From Nitrospirota bacterium (lineage in GTDB: Bacteria; Nitrospirota; Nitrospiria; JACQBZ01), in contig JACQCA010000066.1 of NCBI GenBank assembly GCA_016201865.1, forward strand, positions 14,867 through 78,866: a DNA stretch of 64,000 nt. The letters are read 5' to 3'. Below are positions 35,455-46,071 of the stretch, piece after piece. Position 1 is the stretch's first letter. The number at the start of each line of letters is the position of its first letter. Made by a program: the position numbers and the translations under genes. The notes below the pieces were generated by a model. The model was given only the letters and a program-made list of their open reading frames with translations. It had not been told where the DNA came from and did no database searches.

Positions 35455-36776
35455 ACCGTCCTCCGCTGATCCACGACGTAGACGCTTCGAGGAAAGGTCT
35501 TCGCGTAGTGCTTGAGCTGCGCCGCGACTTCGGCCACCTGCATGGGACTGGTGATTACGCGCTTCTGGTTCGTGACGACCGCGATCGAAACCGTCATGAA
35601 CGGGAACTGCTGCTCGACATCCTTGCGATCGCGCGAAATAATATAACCCCGCCGGCGATCCTCGTCGTCGTAAAAGTCGGGAACGGTCTGATCAAAGTTC
35701 ACAATGAGGTCTTGGCACAATTTGTCCATGCGCGAGGGGTCGGTGATGACGACGAAGTCGTCCCCGCCGATGTGGCCGACAAAATCCTGCTCCGCCCCAA
35801 CCATCTTGACCGTGCCCGTCAGAAGAGTCGCGACCTTTCTTAAGACCTCGCTCCCCCGGACATAACCGTATCGGTCGCCAAAGGCCTTAAAGTTGTCCAG
35901 GTCGATCAGGCAAAAAGCAAACGGCGCCTTTTTCTGAAGACGGGTCAACAGCGCCTTTTCGATGGCCAGGTTTCCCGGAAGACGCGTCAGCGGACTCGCG
36001 TCCAGATTCATCTCGCCCAGCTCCTTCAGCCGCTTGGACATCCAACGGAACGAATCGGCCAACTCGCCCACCTCGTCCGTCGCCTTGATGTTCAAGGCTT
36101 GGTCGAACAGTCCCTGTCCGATGTAGTGAGCCGCCTCTTGAAGCTGCCGGATTGAAAAACTGATGTTCGCATTGATGAAAATGGTAAACCCAACGCCGAA
36201 AAGAACGCTGATCACCACCAAGACCGCCGTCACATTAAACGCCTGTTGGCTCAATCGACTGGCGAGGAGCGTTTTCCCATTCTGGTCTTCACGCGCGTGC
36301 CGTTCCAGTTCCCGGAGCTGCTTGATCATTTCGTCAAGGCGGCTCTTCATCGGCCCTTCCGAAAGGGTCTTGGCCTTATACTCTTCTTTACGATCGAGAT
36401 CAGCCTGTTCTTCTTTGAAAAATTGCGTGTACTCCTCATGGAGGCGACGGATCTCCTCCCTCAGCTTTTGGTCCTCCGGCGACAGGGAGTTCAGTTGATC
36501 TAACTTTGACCGAAACTCCTCGCTTCGGCTCAAAAAAAGGGTCTGAACCGCCGGGTCGCGTAAGATGACGGATCGTTTCTCATATAGATCCTGGGCCAAC
36601 AGGCTTTCGGTCGTCTGGCGGCTGGCCTCGATGATGGGGAGGTCTCGTTGCACAATACTGTCGCTCATCCGTCGAAGATCTCGAAGGCCTAAAACCGCAT
36701 ATAAACCGGTCAGCAGGGTTAAGAGGACCATGATCGAAAAGCCGAGCAGCATCTTTTTAATCAGGGTCAGTTTCAT
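35451..36776 (-). CDS. Membrane diguanylate cyclase (periplasmic four-helix sensor, HAMP, GGDEF with GGDDF motif)
   Basis: Two TM helices, DEVGELADSF HAMP, PLTRLPGN, DLDNFKAFGDRYG, GHIGGDDF; no RxxD I-site. Confidence 0.92.
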   Translation of the reverse strand: MKLTLIKKMLLGFSIMVLLTLLTGLYAVLGLRDLRRMSDSIVQRDLPIIEASRQTTESLLAQDLYEKRSVILRDPAVQTLFLSRSEEFRSKLDQLNSLSPEDQKLREEIRRLHEEYTQFFKEEQADLDRKEEYKAKTLSEGPMKSRLDEMIKQLRELERHAREDQNGKTLLASRLSQQAFNVTAVLVVISVLFGVGFTIFINANISFSIRQLQEAAHYIGQGLFDQALNIKATDEVGELADSFRWMSKRLKELGEMNLDASPLTRLPGNLAIEKALLTRLQKKAPFAFCLIDLDNFKAFGDRYGYVRGSEVLRKVATLLTGTVKMVGAEQDFVGHIGGDDFVVITDPSRMDKLCQDLIVNFDQTVPDFYDDEDRRRGYIISRDRKDVEQQFPFMTVSIAVVTNQKRVITSPMQVAEVAAQLKHYAKTFPRSVYVVDQRRTV

Positions 36777-36964
36777 TTACCTCCGGCGGGTTCATCAGGC
36801 TTTTTCCAAACAACGGGAACGGTCAAGTACCGCCTTGGACTGAGAGAGTGGACGTGTTCTCGATTCAGATGGAGTGAAATCGGTATGAACCTAACCGAGG
36901 CTTGCTGTGGACCGACCGGTTCAACGCGTAAGAACGGTTCGCTTATTTTAACGGACTTCCCTGA

Positions 36965-37213
36965 TCAGTTCTGCTTTTTGATCAATATGCGGAAACCGTT
37001 TCCCATTTTTTCCTGCTTTAGAACGGCATGTCCGTCTTCTGAGATACTGCGCGGCACATTGCGGATGGGTTCACCCTCGTCCACAATCACCGAGAGAACC
37101 TGGCCCATCTCCATCGTTTCCAGTTTTAATTTTGTTTTCACATAGTTATATGGGCACATCACTCCCCGCAGATCTAATTCCGCGTGCGTTATGGTTTCTG
37201 TGGTATCTGGCAT
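36965..37213 (-). CDS. TusA/SirA family sulfur carrier
   Basis: LDLRGVMCPYNYVKTKLKL, VIVDEGEPIRNVPRSI; start uncertain among nearby ATGs. Confidence 0.88.
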   Translation of the reverse strand: MPDTTETITHAELDLRGVMCPYNYVKTKLKLETMEMGQVLSVIVDEGEPIRNVPRSISEDGHAVLKQEKMGNGFRILIKKQN

Positions 37214-37309
37214 TAGGATCACCTATTTCACCCATTATAACGTTTTCCCCTTGGAAGTCAAGGCGTCTTATAAACAATGCCGCCTTTAAAAAAGACCGGC
37301 ATCCGGACT

Positions 37310-38083
37310 TCAGGATCGGCTCGCAAGATCATTCATCGCTTTTTTGACTTCTTCGACGATCTTGTCGGCCGCCAAGACGGGATCCTTGGCCTTTTTTATG
37401 GGACGCCCGACGACAAGGTAGTCCGCGCCATTGAGTATGGCCTGGCGTGGTGTCACGATCCGCTTTTGATCATCGTTGGGCACCGATGCCCAGTCCGGGC
37501 GAACGCCGGGCACGACCACGATCATTTCTCGGCCGATCTGCTCTTTGATGCCACGCGCTTCCGACCCCGAACAGACGACGCCTGCGCAGCCGACCGCTTT
37601 CGCCAGCCTCGCTCGCTGAAGGACAATATCTGAAATATTCAGCCGTTCATCCATTCCGACATCCCGCAGATCCTCTCGACTCAAGCTGGTCAGGACCGTG
37701 ACGGCCAGAACTTGGGCGGCATTCCGGATCCCATCAACGACCGCCTTCAGCAGCCCCTTCCCTTCGGAAGCATGAACCGTAACAAACCGGACCTTATAGG
37801 CCGCGGCGGCCTTAACGGCCGATAGAACTGTCTCCGGAATATCATGAAATTTTAAGTCAAGGAAGATATCGCGGTCACTGTTTTTTGCAATGGTCCTGAA
37901 GATGCCGGGGCCTGCGCTCACGAAAAGCTCCAAGCCCACCTTAAACAGTCCGACGTGGTCTTTTAGCACCGACACCGCTTTTTCAGCTTCTTTCATCGTT
38001 GGATAATCGAGAGCAAAAATCAATCTGTCTTTTGGGGTCAGGGAAGGATCGCTTTGCAGAAATGTGCTCAATGGGGATACCAA
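37310..38083 (-). CDS. pyrF: Orotidine-5'-phosphate decarboxylase
   Basis: RLIFALD, FKVGLELF, FLDLKFHDIPETV, VTVHAS, VVPGVRP, YLVVGRPI. Confidence 0.97.
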   Translation of the reverse strand: MVSPLSTFLQSDPSLTPKDRLIFALDYPTMKEAEKAVSVLKDHVGLFKVGLELFVSAGPGIFRTIAKNSDRDIFLDLKFHDIPETVLSAVKAAAAYKVRFVTVHASEGKGLLKAVVDGIRNAAQVLAVTVLTSLSREDLRDVGMDERLNISDIVLQRARLAKAVGCAGVVCSGSEARGIKEQIGREMIVVVPGVRPDWASVPNDDQKRIVTPRQAILNGADYLVVGRPIKKAKDPVLAADKIVEEVKKAMNDLASRS

Positions 38084-38316
38084 ATTATATCCGGTGGGGG
38101 GAGGTTCATGGTGATCTCTCCACGCTCGACAGTTTTAACACATTTCTGGCACAGAGTCCAGCATCGCTTTGGGCCTAAAGGCCCTCAAAACCGAGACACA
38201 CTAAACAAACCCCTTTGAAGGAATCAACCCGGAAGGTCGATGGTTTGACATCCCGCCGGGATTTCCGTATCATCGGGCCGATCACCACGCGGGATAACAA
38301 CCAAGGAGGGCTGACT

Positions 38317-38586
38317 CTGAGCCTCAAGAAGAAGATCGAAAAACCCAAGGCGCTTTCTCCGGAACTGATCCGGAAGATTCGGAGCCGAGACAAAAATATT
38401 TCCGTTGATGACCTGATCCGATTTCATCTTTATGTCGGCAAGACACACCGGGAAATTGCAGAGCTTCTGGTGAGAGGCGTCAGCTTTAAAACCCTAAAGG
38501 AAGAATATGAGAAGGTCGGTTTACTGTTGAGGCTGACCTTTGAAGAGTACCGTGCGATATGGCAAGGATATTCAAGGAGCGATTAA
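38317..38586 (+). CDS. Hypothetical small protein, possible CTG start
   Basis: Strong SD AAGGAGG 7 nt before an in-frame CTG (38317); HTH-like THREIAELL; the ORF track starts it at 38215. Confidence 0.5.
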   Translation: MSLKKKIEKPKALSPELIRKIRSRDKNISVDDLIRFHLYVGKTHREIAELLVRGVSFKTLKEEYEKVGLLLRLTFEEYRAIWQGYSRSD

Positions 38587-38726
38587 GCGGCGCGAGCGAC
38601 CTTTTTAAGGGTCTTCTTCCCTTTGTCCTTCATAAGCCGCTCGGCTTTGGCAAGGTCCTTTGCCGAGACGGCATCCAGAAGGACTTTCTTGATTCGATCG
38701 GTCTCCTTGGGTTCCATAGGTCTCAT
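38583..38726 (-). CDS. Hypothetical 47-aa basic protein
   Basis: MRPMEPKETDRIKKVLLDAVSAKDLAKAERLMKDKGKKTLKKVARAA; protein-like composition; lies downstream of the tRNA. Confidence 0.45.
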   Translation of the reverse strand: MRPMEPKETDRIKKVLLDAVSAKDLAKAERLMKDKGKKTLKKVARAA

Positions 38727-38779
38727 TTTATCAAAGACACCATAAAGTGTCAAACAAGGAGTAGCCATAAAAAAGAATG

Positions 38780-38862
38780 TGCCGGAGGAGAGGGTTGAAC
38801 TCTCATGAGGTTGCCCTCGGCGGATTTTGAGTCCGCTGCGTCTGCCATTCCGCCACTCCGGC
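38780..38862 (-). tRNA. tRNA-Leu(CAA)
   Basis: Acceptor GCCGGAG/CTCCGGC, D-arm TGGCGGAATGGCAGACGC, anticodon arm GCGGA-CTCAAAA-TCCGC, long variable arm, T-arm GAGAG-TTCAACC-CTCTC; CCA not encoded (discriminator A followed by CAT). Confidence 0.96.
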
Positions 38863-38872
38863 CCAATGTCGG

Positions 38873-39337
38873 CTAAGGCTTCGGCGTGTGTTGAAGTTTT
38901 TCGATCGCGTACTTTGCGATCTGCTGGATCGCCGGATCCGGATGTTTTTGCTGAATCTCTTTTAAGGGATCGATCGCCTTGGGATCTCCGACCTCCTCTA
39001 AAACCCGGATCGCGTTCCATAAAAAAACGGAGTCGTTGTCATGTTTGACGGCCTCGATGAGGGGATCGACCACCGTCCTACCGATATCGATCAAGGCGCC
39101 GGATACATCCAGCCTCACCATCGGCTCTTCGTCCTTGAGCGCCGCAATCAGCGGCGAAACGGCGCGCGGCTCCTTCATCTTTCCTAATTCGCGCGCCGCC
39201 TCCCGACGGTCCATCGTCGTCTTGAATTGAAGCTTTTTGACCAGATCCTCGACCCGGTCCGCCAATGCGGAGCTTCCAAAAGCGGCTATGACCAAACCGA
39301 TCGCCAGCATCTGAACCGCAGCCAACCTCATCCGCAT
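38873..39337 (-). CDS. Exported HEAT-repeat protein
   Basis: Signal peptide; RREAARELGKMKEPRAVSPLIAALKD and similar PBS-lyase HEAT repeats. Confidence 0.85.
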   Translation of the reverse strand: MRMRLAAVQMLAIGLVIAAFGSSALADRVEDLVKKLQFKTTMDRREAARELGKMKEPRAVSPLIAALKDEEPMVRLDVSGALIDIGRTVVDPLIEAVKHDNDSVFLWNAIRVLEEVGDPKAIDPLKEIQQKHPDPAIQQIAKYAIEKLQHTPKP

Positions 39338-39394
39338 GATGAAACCCTCCCTTATACCGTAATGGTCCGAGACCGCGCTTTGAAGATCATTTTT

Positions 39395-40351
39395 TCACAA
39401 CCGCCCGTTCTTCCTTCCCGCGACGGCCCCTGCCAGAACGGCCACGACCGCTTTTGCGACCTTCATCATGAAGGCCAGGTTCAGCCTTTCCAATGTGTCG
39501 CCGGGCTGATGATACCAGGGATTTCGAAAGTTCGCGGTATCCGTCAACATCAGCGCCGGATAACCGGCATCCCAGAACGGTGAATGATCGCTCCGGCGCG
39601 TATCCGGAAAGCCGTGTCCGGCATCCGGAACCAAAAGCCCGATCAGCGGAAGATCCGGAACATACCGGCCGGCGTCGTTCTCAAACCGCTTGACCCACTC
39701 CGCCGCCTCCGGATTACCGACCAAGCCCAAGAAATTTCCCACATCCGGAATCGCGACCGGAAGCTCCTTCGGACCCCGTTGGGACCCGGACCGCTCGCTG
39801 GCGTAGCCGACGCATTCCAAGGCGATCATTCCCTCGATGCGGAGACCGGCCCGTTGCGCCTTGATGGCGTAGAGCGTGCTTCCGAGGCAGTGCTGCTCTT
39901 CCTGCGCAAAACCAATGAAGGCCAGCGGGGCAGAAACACCGATGCTTCCCAGCACGCGCGCCGCCTCAAGCATCACGGCCACGCCGCTGGCATTATCGTC
40001 CGCCCCCGGGCTGTTGCACACGGTATCATAATGAGCCGCCAGAATCAAGAGCGACTCTCGCTTGAAACCCCGGCGAGCGCGGCCTCGGACCGAGGCCACG
40101 ACATTCCGGTTCTGGTGGCCGAAGGCCTCGAACCAATGGTTACGGATCGCAAGACCGGCCGCACGGAACTGCGCCGTGATGTAATCGGCCGAGGCATCCA
40201 GCCTCTCGGGCGCCGACGCGTGATGACGGACGCCGATGAGCCGCTTGAGATGGTCCGTCAGCCGGGATTCGGTGACTTGAGCAATCAATTGCGGGATAAC
40301 GGTTTCCGGGTCATTTCCCGGTCGAGGGCGTTTTCGCCGAATGGTAGGCAT
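39395..40351 (-). CDS. M28 family metallopeptidase
   Basis: AAHYDTV, PGADDNASG, FAQEE, LECVG, RRSDHSPFW, PWYHQPGD. Confidence 0.9.
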   Translation of the reverse strand: MPTIRRKRPRPGNDPETVIPQLIAQVTESRLTDHLKRLIGVRHHASAPERLDASADYITAQFRAAGLAIRNHWFEAFGHQNRNVVASVRGRARRGFKRESLLILAAHYDTVCNSPGADDNASGVAVMLEAARVLGSIGVSAPLAFIGFAQEEQHCLGSTLYAIKAQRAGLRIEGMIALECVGYASERSGSQRGPKELPVAIPDVGNFLGLVGNPEAAEWVKRFENDAGRYVPDLPLIGLLVPDAGHGFPDTRRSDHSPFWDAGYPALMLTDTANFRNPWYHQPGDTLERLNLAFMMKVAKAVVAVLAGAVAGRKNGRL

Positions 40352-40586
40352 CCACCATGCTCCAGATCAGAAGGGCCGATATCGCCAACAGGAGACCGAG
40401 AACCTTGCCGACCCCCGACGTGTCTCCGGCCATAAGCGCCTCGACCGAAAACTGTTCGCCCGCCAGCCAGAACAGAACCCCCGTGCCCGCGATGAAACCG
40501 CCGCCTTTCAACCAGTGACGATTGTAGAACTGGCCCAGGCCCGGAACGACCGCGGAGAGAAGGACGGCGATGCCGGGCCGTCTCAT
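40311..40586 (-). CDS. Small membrane protein
   Basis: AVLLSAVVPGLGQFYNRHWLKG plus further hydrophobic segments ending IWSMVDAY. Confidence 0.75.
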   Translation of the reverse strand: MRRPGIAVLLSAVVPGLGQFYNRHWLKGGGFIAGTGVLFWLAGEQFSVEALMAGDTSGVGKVLGLLLAISALLIWSMVDAYHSAKTPSTGK

Positions 40587-40966
40587 AGGGCGATCTCCGA
40601 TTGGCCCATCAGTGCCCGCATGACGAACTGCACGACTTTTTCACGGTCGGCGTCGTTGATCGTCTTGAACTGAATTCCCATTCCGGGAGAAAAACCCTTA
40701 GGGTCAAAGTCCGGACGGACCCAGGCGACCTGGCCGTCTACTTTGACTGAATCGCCCTGGCCCGGCAGACTGAACTCCAGACTCACGGCCGTCCCCACCG
40801 GCAAGGGCGACAGGGTGTCTACAAAAAGCCCGCCGCCGCCCATAACGGCCGTAAAACCTTCCTTCACCCCTTTGAGGGGATCCCGGTATTGGATTCGAAT
40901 CGCGAGCGGAACCCGCGGGTAGTTCCGTTTTTTAGGAGACGGGATGGGAGGCTGTGTCGCCGCCAT
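40583..40966 (-). CDS. PilZ-domain protein
   Basis: RNYPR (RxxxR), GLFV...LPVGTAVSLEFSLPG, GQVAWVR, GMGIQF; start approximate. Confidence 0.85.
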   Translation of the reverse strand: MAATQPPIPSPKKRNYPRVPLAIRIQYRDPLKGVKEGFTAVMGGGGLFVDTLSPLPVGTAVSLEFSLPGQGDSVKVDGQVAWVRPDFDPKGFSPGMGIQFKTINDADREKVVQFVMRALMGQSEIAL

Positions 40967-41000
40967 TTCTGCTTCTCCTTCCTTCGGGGTGACCCCGTTC

Positions 41001-41462
41001 TTACTTCGTAAACTGCGCCCGCCGCACAACCAGGTAAATCAAAAACGGCGTCAGGAAAACCAGGAAGAGGGTGCGGATCCGACCGAAACCGTCCTGGACG
41101 TATCCCAGGACGGCGCTGGTCAGGACGTCCGCGGTGTAGAACACGGCCAGGTAGAAGGCCCATCGGCGGAGCATAAGAAACCCGTATCCGATCGCGAGAT
41201 GGAGCAGCGGCTGGGCCGCCAGTATGCTGATGGCCAGGATCCCGGTTGTGGTGATCCCGAAAAACTTCGGGCGGTACTGCCAGTTCGTCGAGAGAATATT
41301 GGCCAGTTCCCCGAAGGCGCTTAGACCAAACGCCACGCCGAAAAAAGTCAGATCAAACGTCCGCAGCGGACGTTTGAATTGATAGAAATGGAGCGGCGCC
41401 GCGATAATCCCGACGACCGCTAAAAACGCCGCTGTGATGAAGGCATATTTCATGCCCGACAT
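41001..41462 (-). CDS. Hypothetical multi-pass membrane protein
   Basis: About five hydrophobic segments; in the same gene run as argB. Confidence 0.75.
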   Translation of the reverse strand: MSGMKYAFITAAFLAVVGIIAAPLHFYQFKRPLRTFDLTFFGVAFGLSAFGELANILSTNWQYRPKFFGITTTGILAISILAAQPLLHLAIGYGFLMLRRWAFYLAVFYTADVLTSAVLGYVQDGFGRIRTLFLVFLTPFLIYLVVRRAQFTK

Positions 41463-41474
41463 CGTCGCCCTCCG

Positions 41475-42350
41475 CTATGCCGTGATCTCGGTGCCGATGC
41501 CTTTGTCCGTGAAGATTTCGAGCAGCAGCGCATGGGCCACGCGGCCGTCAATAATATGGGCCTTGGTCACACCTTCCTCCACGGCCGAGAGCGCCGCTTG
41601 GACTTTCGGGAGCATGCCTTCGGAAATAACGCCCTGCTTCATCAAACGCGCCGCCTCTTTTTTCGGAAGCGTCGGAACGAGCCTTCCCTGCTCATCCAAG
41701 ATGCCCTTCACGTCCGTCAACAACAGGAGCTTCTCGGCCTTCAGTGACGACGCAACGGCCCCCGCCACCCAATCGGCATTGATGTTGTACGTCCTCCCTT
41801 CCGGATCAGCGCCGATCGGCGCGATGACCGGGATAAAGCGGTCCTGTTCCAGGTTCATGATCACCTGCGGATCTACCTTTTCCACTTCTCCAACCAATCC
41901 CATGTCGGCCGATCCGCCCTGTTCGGATGCGCCCTCGGCGTCTTTCATCTTCTTGGCCCGAATCAGTCCGCCGTCCTTCCCGGTCAGACCGACCGCCCTC
42001 CCGCCGTGCCGGTTGATCAAGGCCACGATCTCTTTGTTGATCAGCCCGCCCAGGACCATCTCGACGATCTCCATCGTCTGCGAATCCGTCACACGGACGC
42101 CCTTCACAAACTTCGGTTCCAGCCCCAGCCGTTTCATCATGAGATTGATCTGCGGCCCGCCGCCGTGGACCACGACCGGGTTGAGACCGATATACTTCAG
42201 CAGGACGATATCTTGGGCAAACGAGTTTTTAAGCCCCTCTTCCGCCATGGCCTTCCCGCCGTACTTGATCACGACCGTCTTTCCGGAAAAGGCCTGGATA
42301 TACGGCAAGGCCTCGATCAGAACCTTGGCCTTCTCGATCAGTTTTTCCAT
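41475..42350 (-). CDS. argB: Acetylglutamate kinase
   Basis: EALPYIQ...[56 protein letters not shown]. Confidence 0.97.
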   Translation of the reverse strand: MEKLIEKAKVLIEALPYIQAFSGKTVVIKYGGKAMAEEGLKNSFAQDIVLLKYIGLNPVVVHGGGPQINLMMKRLGLEPKFVKGVRVTDSQTMEIVEMVLGGLINKEIVALINRHGGRAVGLTGKDGGLIRAKKMKDAEGASEQGGSADMGLVGEVEKVDPQVIMNLEQDRFIPVIAPIGADPEGRTYNINADWVAGAVASSLKAEKLLLLTDVKGILDEQGRLVPTLPKKEAARLMKQGVISEGMLPKVQAALSAVEEGVTKAHIIDGRVAHALLLEIFTDKGIGTEITA

Positions 42351-43219
42351 CGTCCCTCCCCTTTAAGTCTCTCGATAAACGCCTGAATCCATCTGACGAC
42401 CCCTTCGCGGTTATCGGTCAAGACGAAATGGCTCGCCTCGATCTGGACGTTTTGGATGCCGGGCCGATCCAGAGGGTGTTCTCCGGCCTCGTGAGACAAA
42501 ACACCTCCCTGACGCGCGATCAAGGCCAGCGCCGGCGCATCGATCTTCCTCCATGGCGGCCGATAACGAAACAGGAATCGATACGAGGCGAGATAGCTGG
42601 CCGCCGGCATGCATTGAAGATCCAACCAGGGGCCCATCCAGCGGATGACGTTGAAAAGGTTTGTCAGCCGCGGCCTCACCCAATCATCATAAACGGAATA
42701 ATCCACCCGGCGGAACCGACTCCGCCTCAGTCCCAGCCGGTTGAGCGCACCGACCAGCAGCCCCACCGACCAGACAACCGGTCCCAAGATCCCATGCAGC
42801 GTCTTCCATGCGCCATGAAGATCCTCCGTGATGAACGGTTCGATCAGGACCAGCGCTTGAACGGTCCGCGGATTCCGCTCCCAAACCCTCACCGCGATAT
42901 TCGCGCCCAGGCAGTGTCCTACCACGACCGGACGTTCGACGTCTTCCTTTTTTAAAACGGCCTCCAGATCCGCCGCAAACCCGTCCGCGTCGATTCCCTG
43001 CCGTGTGATCGAGTCGCCGTGGCCCCGCAGATCCGGAAGGATCAATCGGAAGCGTTGAAAAAAGGGTTCCATCGCAAGCCGCTTCCATCGGGTCCAGTTG
43101 CTTCCCAGGCCGTGAATGAAGAGAAAGGTCGCCGCTCGGCCTTCCGTCGGCTCGTAGACACGATAGTGAATCCGGGTCCCGTCCTGCGCATCGAGGGTCC
43201 TGTCGTAACCGGAATTCAC
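42338..43219 (-). CDS. Alpha/beta hydrolase with Cys nucleophile elbow (GHCLG)
   Basis: FIHGLGSN oxyanion motif, [21 protein letters not shown]; overlaps the hslU stop. Confidence 0.85.
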   Translation of the reverse strand: MNSGYDRTLDAQDGTRIHYRVYEPTEGRAATFLFIHGLGSNWTRWKRLAMEPFFQRFRLILPDLRGHGDSITRQGIDADGFAADLEAVLKKEDVERPVVVGHCLGANIAVRVWERNPRTVQALVLIEPFITEDLHGAWKTLHGILGPVVWSVGLLVGALNRLGLRRSRFRRVDYSVYDDWVRPRLTNLFNVIRWMGPWLDLQCMPAASYLASYRFLFRYRPPWRKIDAPALALIARQGGVLSHEAGEHPLDRPGIQNVQIEASHFVLTDNREGVVRWIQAFIERLKGEGRWKN

Positions 43220-44604
43220 AAGATATACCGGCTGAGATCCTCGCTTTTGATGATCTCGTTCAGCCGGGCTCGGACATGTTCGGCATCGACGATGATCTTT
43301 TTCTCGGTCCGGTCCGGGGCGTCAAAGGCCACGTCGTCAAGCAGCTTTTCCATGATCGTGAACAGTCGTCTTGCGCCGATGTTCTCGGTCCGCTCGTTCA
43401 CCAGCACCGCAATCGAGGCGATCTCATCGATCGCATCCGGTTTGAACTCCAGCGCGATGCCTTCCGTCTCCATCAGGGCGGTGTACTGCTTGATCAACGC
43501 GTTCCGCGGCTCGGTCAGGATGCGGACGAAGTCCTCCTTCGTTAAGGGATCCAGCTCCACGCGGATGGGAAAGCGGCCCTGGAGTTCGGGGATCAGGTCC
43601 GACGGCTTGGCGACATGAAACGCCCCGGCCGCGATGAAGAGGATATGGTCGGTCCGGACCATGCCGTATTTGGTGTTCACGGTCGAGCCTTCGACGATCG
43701 GCAGGAGATCCCGTTGAACTCCTTCTCGGGATACATCCGGCCCGAACCCTTTCTCGCGCCCCGCGATCTTGTCCAGCTCGTCAACGAAAATGATCCCGGA
43801 TTGTTCCGCCTTCTGGATCGCCTCGCGCACGACCTCGTCCATGTCGATCAGTTTTTGAGCTTCCTCCTGGGTCAACAGTTTCATCGCCTCCGGCACCTTC
43901 ACCCGTCGTTTCTTCTTTTTCCCGGGGAACAGACCGCCGAACATCTCCCGGAGATTGATCTCGAGGTCCTCCATGCCCGCATTGGAGATCACCCCGATCG
44001 GCATGGCCCGCTCCTTCACTTCCATCTCGACCGTCCGCGGATCCAGTTTGCCTTCATGGAGCTGGCGGCGCAGCTTCTCCCGCGTTTGTTCATATGACTC
44101 CGGCAATTCGGTTCGGACCATTTCCTGTCGGCCTTCATCAAAGATCCCCGGCGGGGTTTTCGGGGCCGGCGGAGGTAAAAGGAGGTCGAGCAGTCGTTCT
44201 TCGGCCTGTTTGTCTGCCCGCTCCTGTACTTTTTCGGTATGCTCCGTCTTGACCAGGCTCACCGCCAACTCCGTCAGGTCGCGGATCATCGACTCCACAT
44301 CCCGCCCGACATAGCCGACCTCGGTGAACTTGGAGGCCTCCACTTTTAAAAACGGCGCTTTCACCAGTTTCGCCAACCGTCGGGAGATCTCGGTTTTTCC
44401 AACGCCGGTCGGACCGATCATGATGATGTTCTTGGGCAGCACCTCCTCCCGCAGGTCCGGGGGCAGTTGTTGGCGTCGCCACCGGTTCCGCAGGGCGATC
44501 GCCACCATTCGCTTCGCCGGGTTCTGGCCGATGATGTACCGGTCCAGCCTCTTCACGATCTCGCGGGGGGTCAGGGCCTCCATTCGATCTTGCGCATCCG
44601 TCAT
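43216..44604 (-). CDS. hslU: ATP-dependent protease ATPase subunit HslU
   Basis: [54 protein letters not shown]. Confidence 0.98.
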   Translation of the reverse strand: MTDAQDRMEALTPREIVKRLDRYIIGQNPAKRMVAIALRNRWRRQQLPPDLREEVLPKNIIMIGPTGVGKTEISRRLAKLVKAPFLKVEASKFTEVGYVGRDVESMIRDLTELAVSLVKTEHTEKVQERADKQAEERLLDLLLPPPAPKTPPGIFDEGRQEMVRTELPESYEQTREKLRRQLHEGKLDPRTVEMEVKERAMPIGVISNAGMEDLEINLREMFGGLFPGKKKKRRVKVPEAMKLLTQEEAQKLIDMDEVVREAIQKAEQSGIIFVDELDKIAGREKGFGPDVSREGVQRDLLPIVEGSTVNTKYGMVRTDHILFIAAGAFHVAKPSDLIPELQGRFPIRVELDPLTKEDFVRILTEPRNALIKQYTALMETEGIALEFKPDAIDEIASIAVLVNERTENIGARRLFTIMEKLLDDVAFDAPDRTEKKIIVDAEHVRARLNEIIKSEDLSRYIL

Positions 44605-44605
44605 T

Positions 44606-45142
44606 TCACCCTTTCAATTCATCCACAACAATCTCTTGGTTGGTATAGATGTCGATCCCGCCGGCGATCCGCATCGCCCGTTCGACGATATCTTTCGCCT
44701 CCAAATCCGGCCGATCCAGCATCGCCCGGGCCGCCGCCAGGGCGTACGGGCCTCCGGAACCGATGGCCAGGATGCCGTCCTCCGGTTCAATGACATCGCC
44801 CGTCCCGGAGATCAGCAGGGAATGCCCTGCATCGGCCACGATCATGAGGGCCTCGAGCCGTCTTAAGACGCGGTCCGTCCGCCAATCCTTGGCCAATTCC
44901 ACGGCGGACCGCGTGAGATTGCCGCGGTATTCGGCCAGTTTGGCCTCGAACTTTTCGAACAGCGTCAGGGCATCGGCCGTCGCTCCGGCAAATCCGGAAA
45001 GGATCTGGTCGTTATACATTTTCCGGATTTTCTTGGCGTTGTGCTTCATGACGGTCGTGCCCATCGTCACCTGGCCGTCGGCCGCAATGGCCACGCGGCT
45101 TCGGTGGCGGATGCAGAGAATCGTCGTGCTGCGGATCGTCAT
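44606..45142 (-). CDS. hslV: ATP-dependent protease subunit HslV
   Basis: STTIL N-terminal Thr, [37 protein letters not shown]. Confidence 0.98.
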   Translation of the reverse strand: MTIRSTTILCIRHRSRVAIAADGQVTMGTTVMKHNAKKIRKMYNDQILSGFAGATADALTLFEKFEAKLAEYRGNLTRSAVELAKDWRTDRVLRRLEALMIVADAGHSLLISGTGDVIEPEDGILAIGSGGPYALAAARAMLDRPDLEAKDIVERAMRIAGGIDIYTNQEIVVDELKG

Positions 45143-46071
45143 CGATTCTTCACCCGGCTCCGGGGATGCGCCTTGTCGTACACCTCGATCAGTTTGTCCA
45201 CGGTCAGATGTGTATACCGCTGCGTGGTAGAGAGGCGTGCATGTCCCAGTAATTCCTGGATCGCCCGGAGGTCCGCCCCGCCGTCTAAAAGATGCGTCGC
45301 GAAGGTATGGCGGAGGACATGCGGCGTCACGCGCTGGCTCTTGGCAAGCCGCAACGCCGCCCTGGCCACGATTCGGGCCACGGTCCGCGTCGCGAGACGC
45401 TCGCCGGAACGGTTCAGAAAAAGCGGCCGCCGGTCCTCGTGGTACTGCCGGAACGGAACCGCGGCCAGATAGGCCTCGACTGCTTCCAGCGCCTTGGACC
45501 CGATCGGAACGATCCGCTCTTTGCGGCCTTTGCCTTGGACGCGAACCAGTCCCTCGTTCGGCCTAAGGTCATTGACATCCAGCGTCACCAGCTCGCTCAG
45601 CCGAATCCCGGTCGAATAAAACATCTCGAGAATCGCCCGATTTCGAAGGCTCGTCGCATCCTTCCCGGATGATGCCTCCATCAAGGCCGAGGCATCATCC
45701 ACCGTCAGAAACGCCGGAAGAGGCCGCTCTTGCTTCGGCGTCGCCACAAGCCGAGCCGGGTTGATCGCCAACCGTCCTTCCCGTTGAAGATGCCGGAAAA
45801 AAGTCCGGAGGACGGCCAGCTTGCGCGCCACGGAGGATTTTCGAACATCCCGTTGGTGGAGGTGCGCCATATACGCCCGGACCGTCTGGGGACTTACTTC
45901 GGACCATTCAGGCTCCGGGGCCGGACCGTTCATCTTCGCATCCGTCCGTGAGGCCAAAGTTAAAAAGCGTTCAAACTGCTCCAGGTCCGAGCGATAGTTT
46001 CGAACGGTATGGGCCGAGCTGCCGCGTTCGACCTGCAGATACTCTATAAAAGCTTGTTTTGCAGACACCAC
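45139..46071 (-). CDS. xerC: Tyrosine recombinase XerC
   Basis: [61 protein letters not shown]; trmFO-xerC-hslVU synteny. Confidence 0.9.
   Translation of the reverse strand: MVSAKQAFIEYLQVERGSSAHTVRNYRSDLEQFERFLTLASRTDAKMNGPAPEPEWSEVSPQTVRAYMAHLHQRDVRKSSVARKLAVLRTFFRHLQREGRLAINPARLVATPKQERPLPAFLTVDDASALMEASSGKDATSLRNRAILEMFYSTGIRLSELVTLDVNDLRPNEGLVRVQGKGRKERIVPIGSKALEAVEAYLAAVPFRQYHEDRRPLFLNRSGERLATRTVARIVARAALRLAKSQRVTPHVLRHTFATHLLDGGADLRAIQELLGHARLSTTQRYTHLTVDKLIEVYDKAHPRSRVKNR

Noticed and set aside
38146-38162. TGGCACAGAGTCCAGC as a sigma-54 promoter
   Set aside because: GG and GC are separated by 11 nt rather than the required 10.
38780-38862. tRNA-Leu as the attachment site of an integrated element
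   Set aside because: No duplicated tRNA 3' end and no integrase nearby.
45139-46071. Tyrosine recombinase as a phage or island integrase
   Set aside because: Its size, motifs and trmFO-xerC-hslVU context identify housekeeping XerC.
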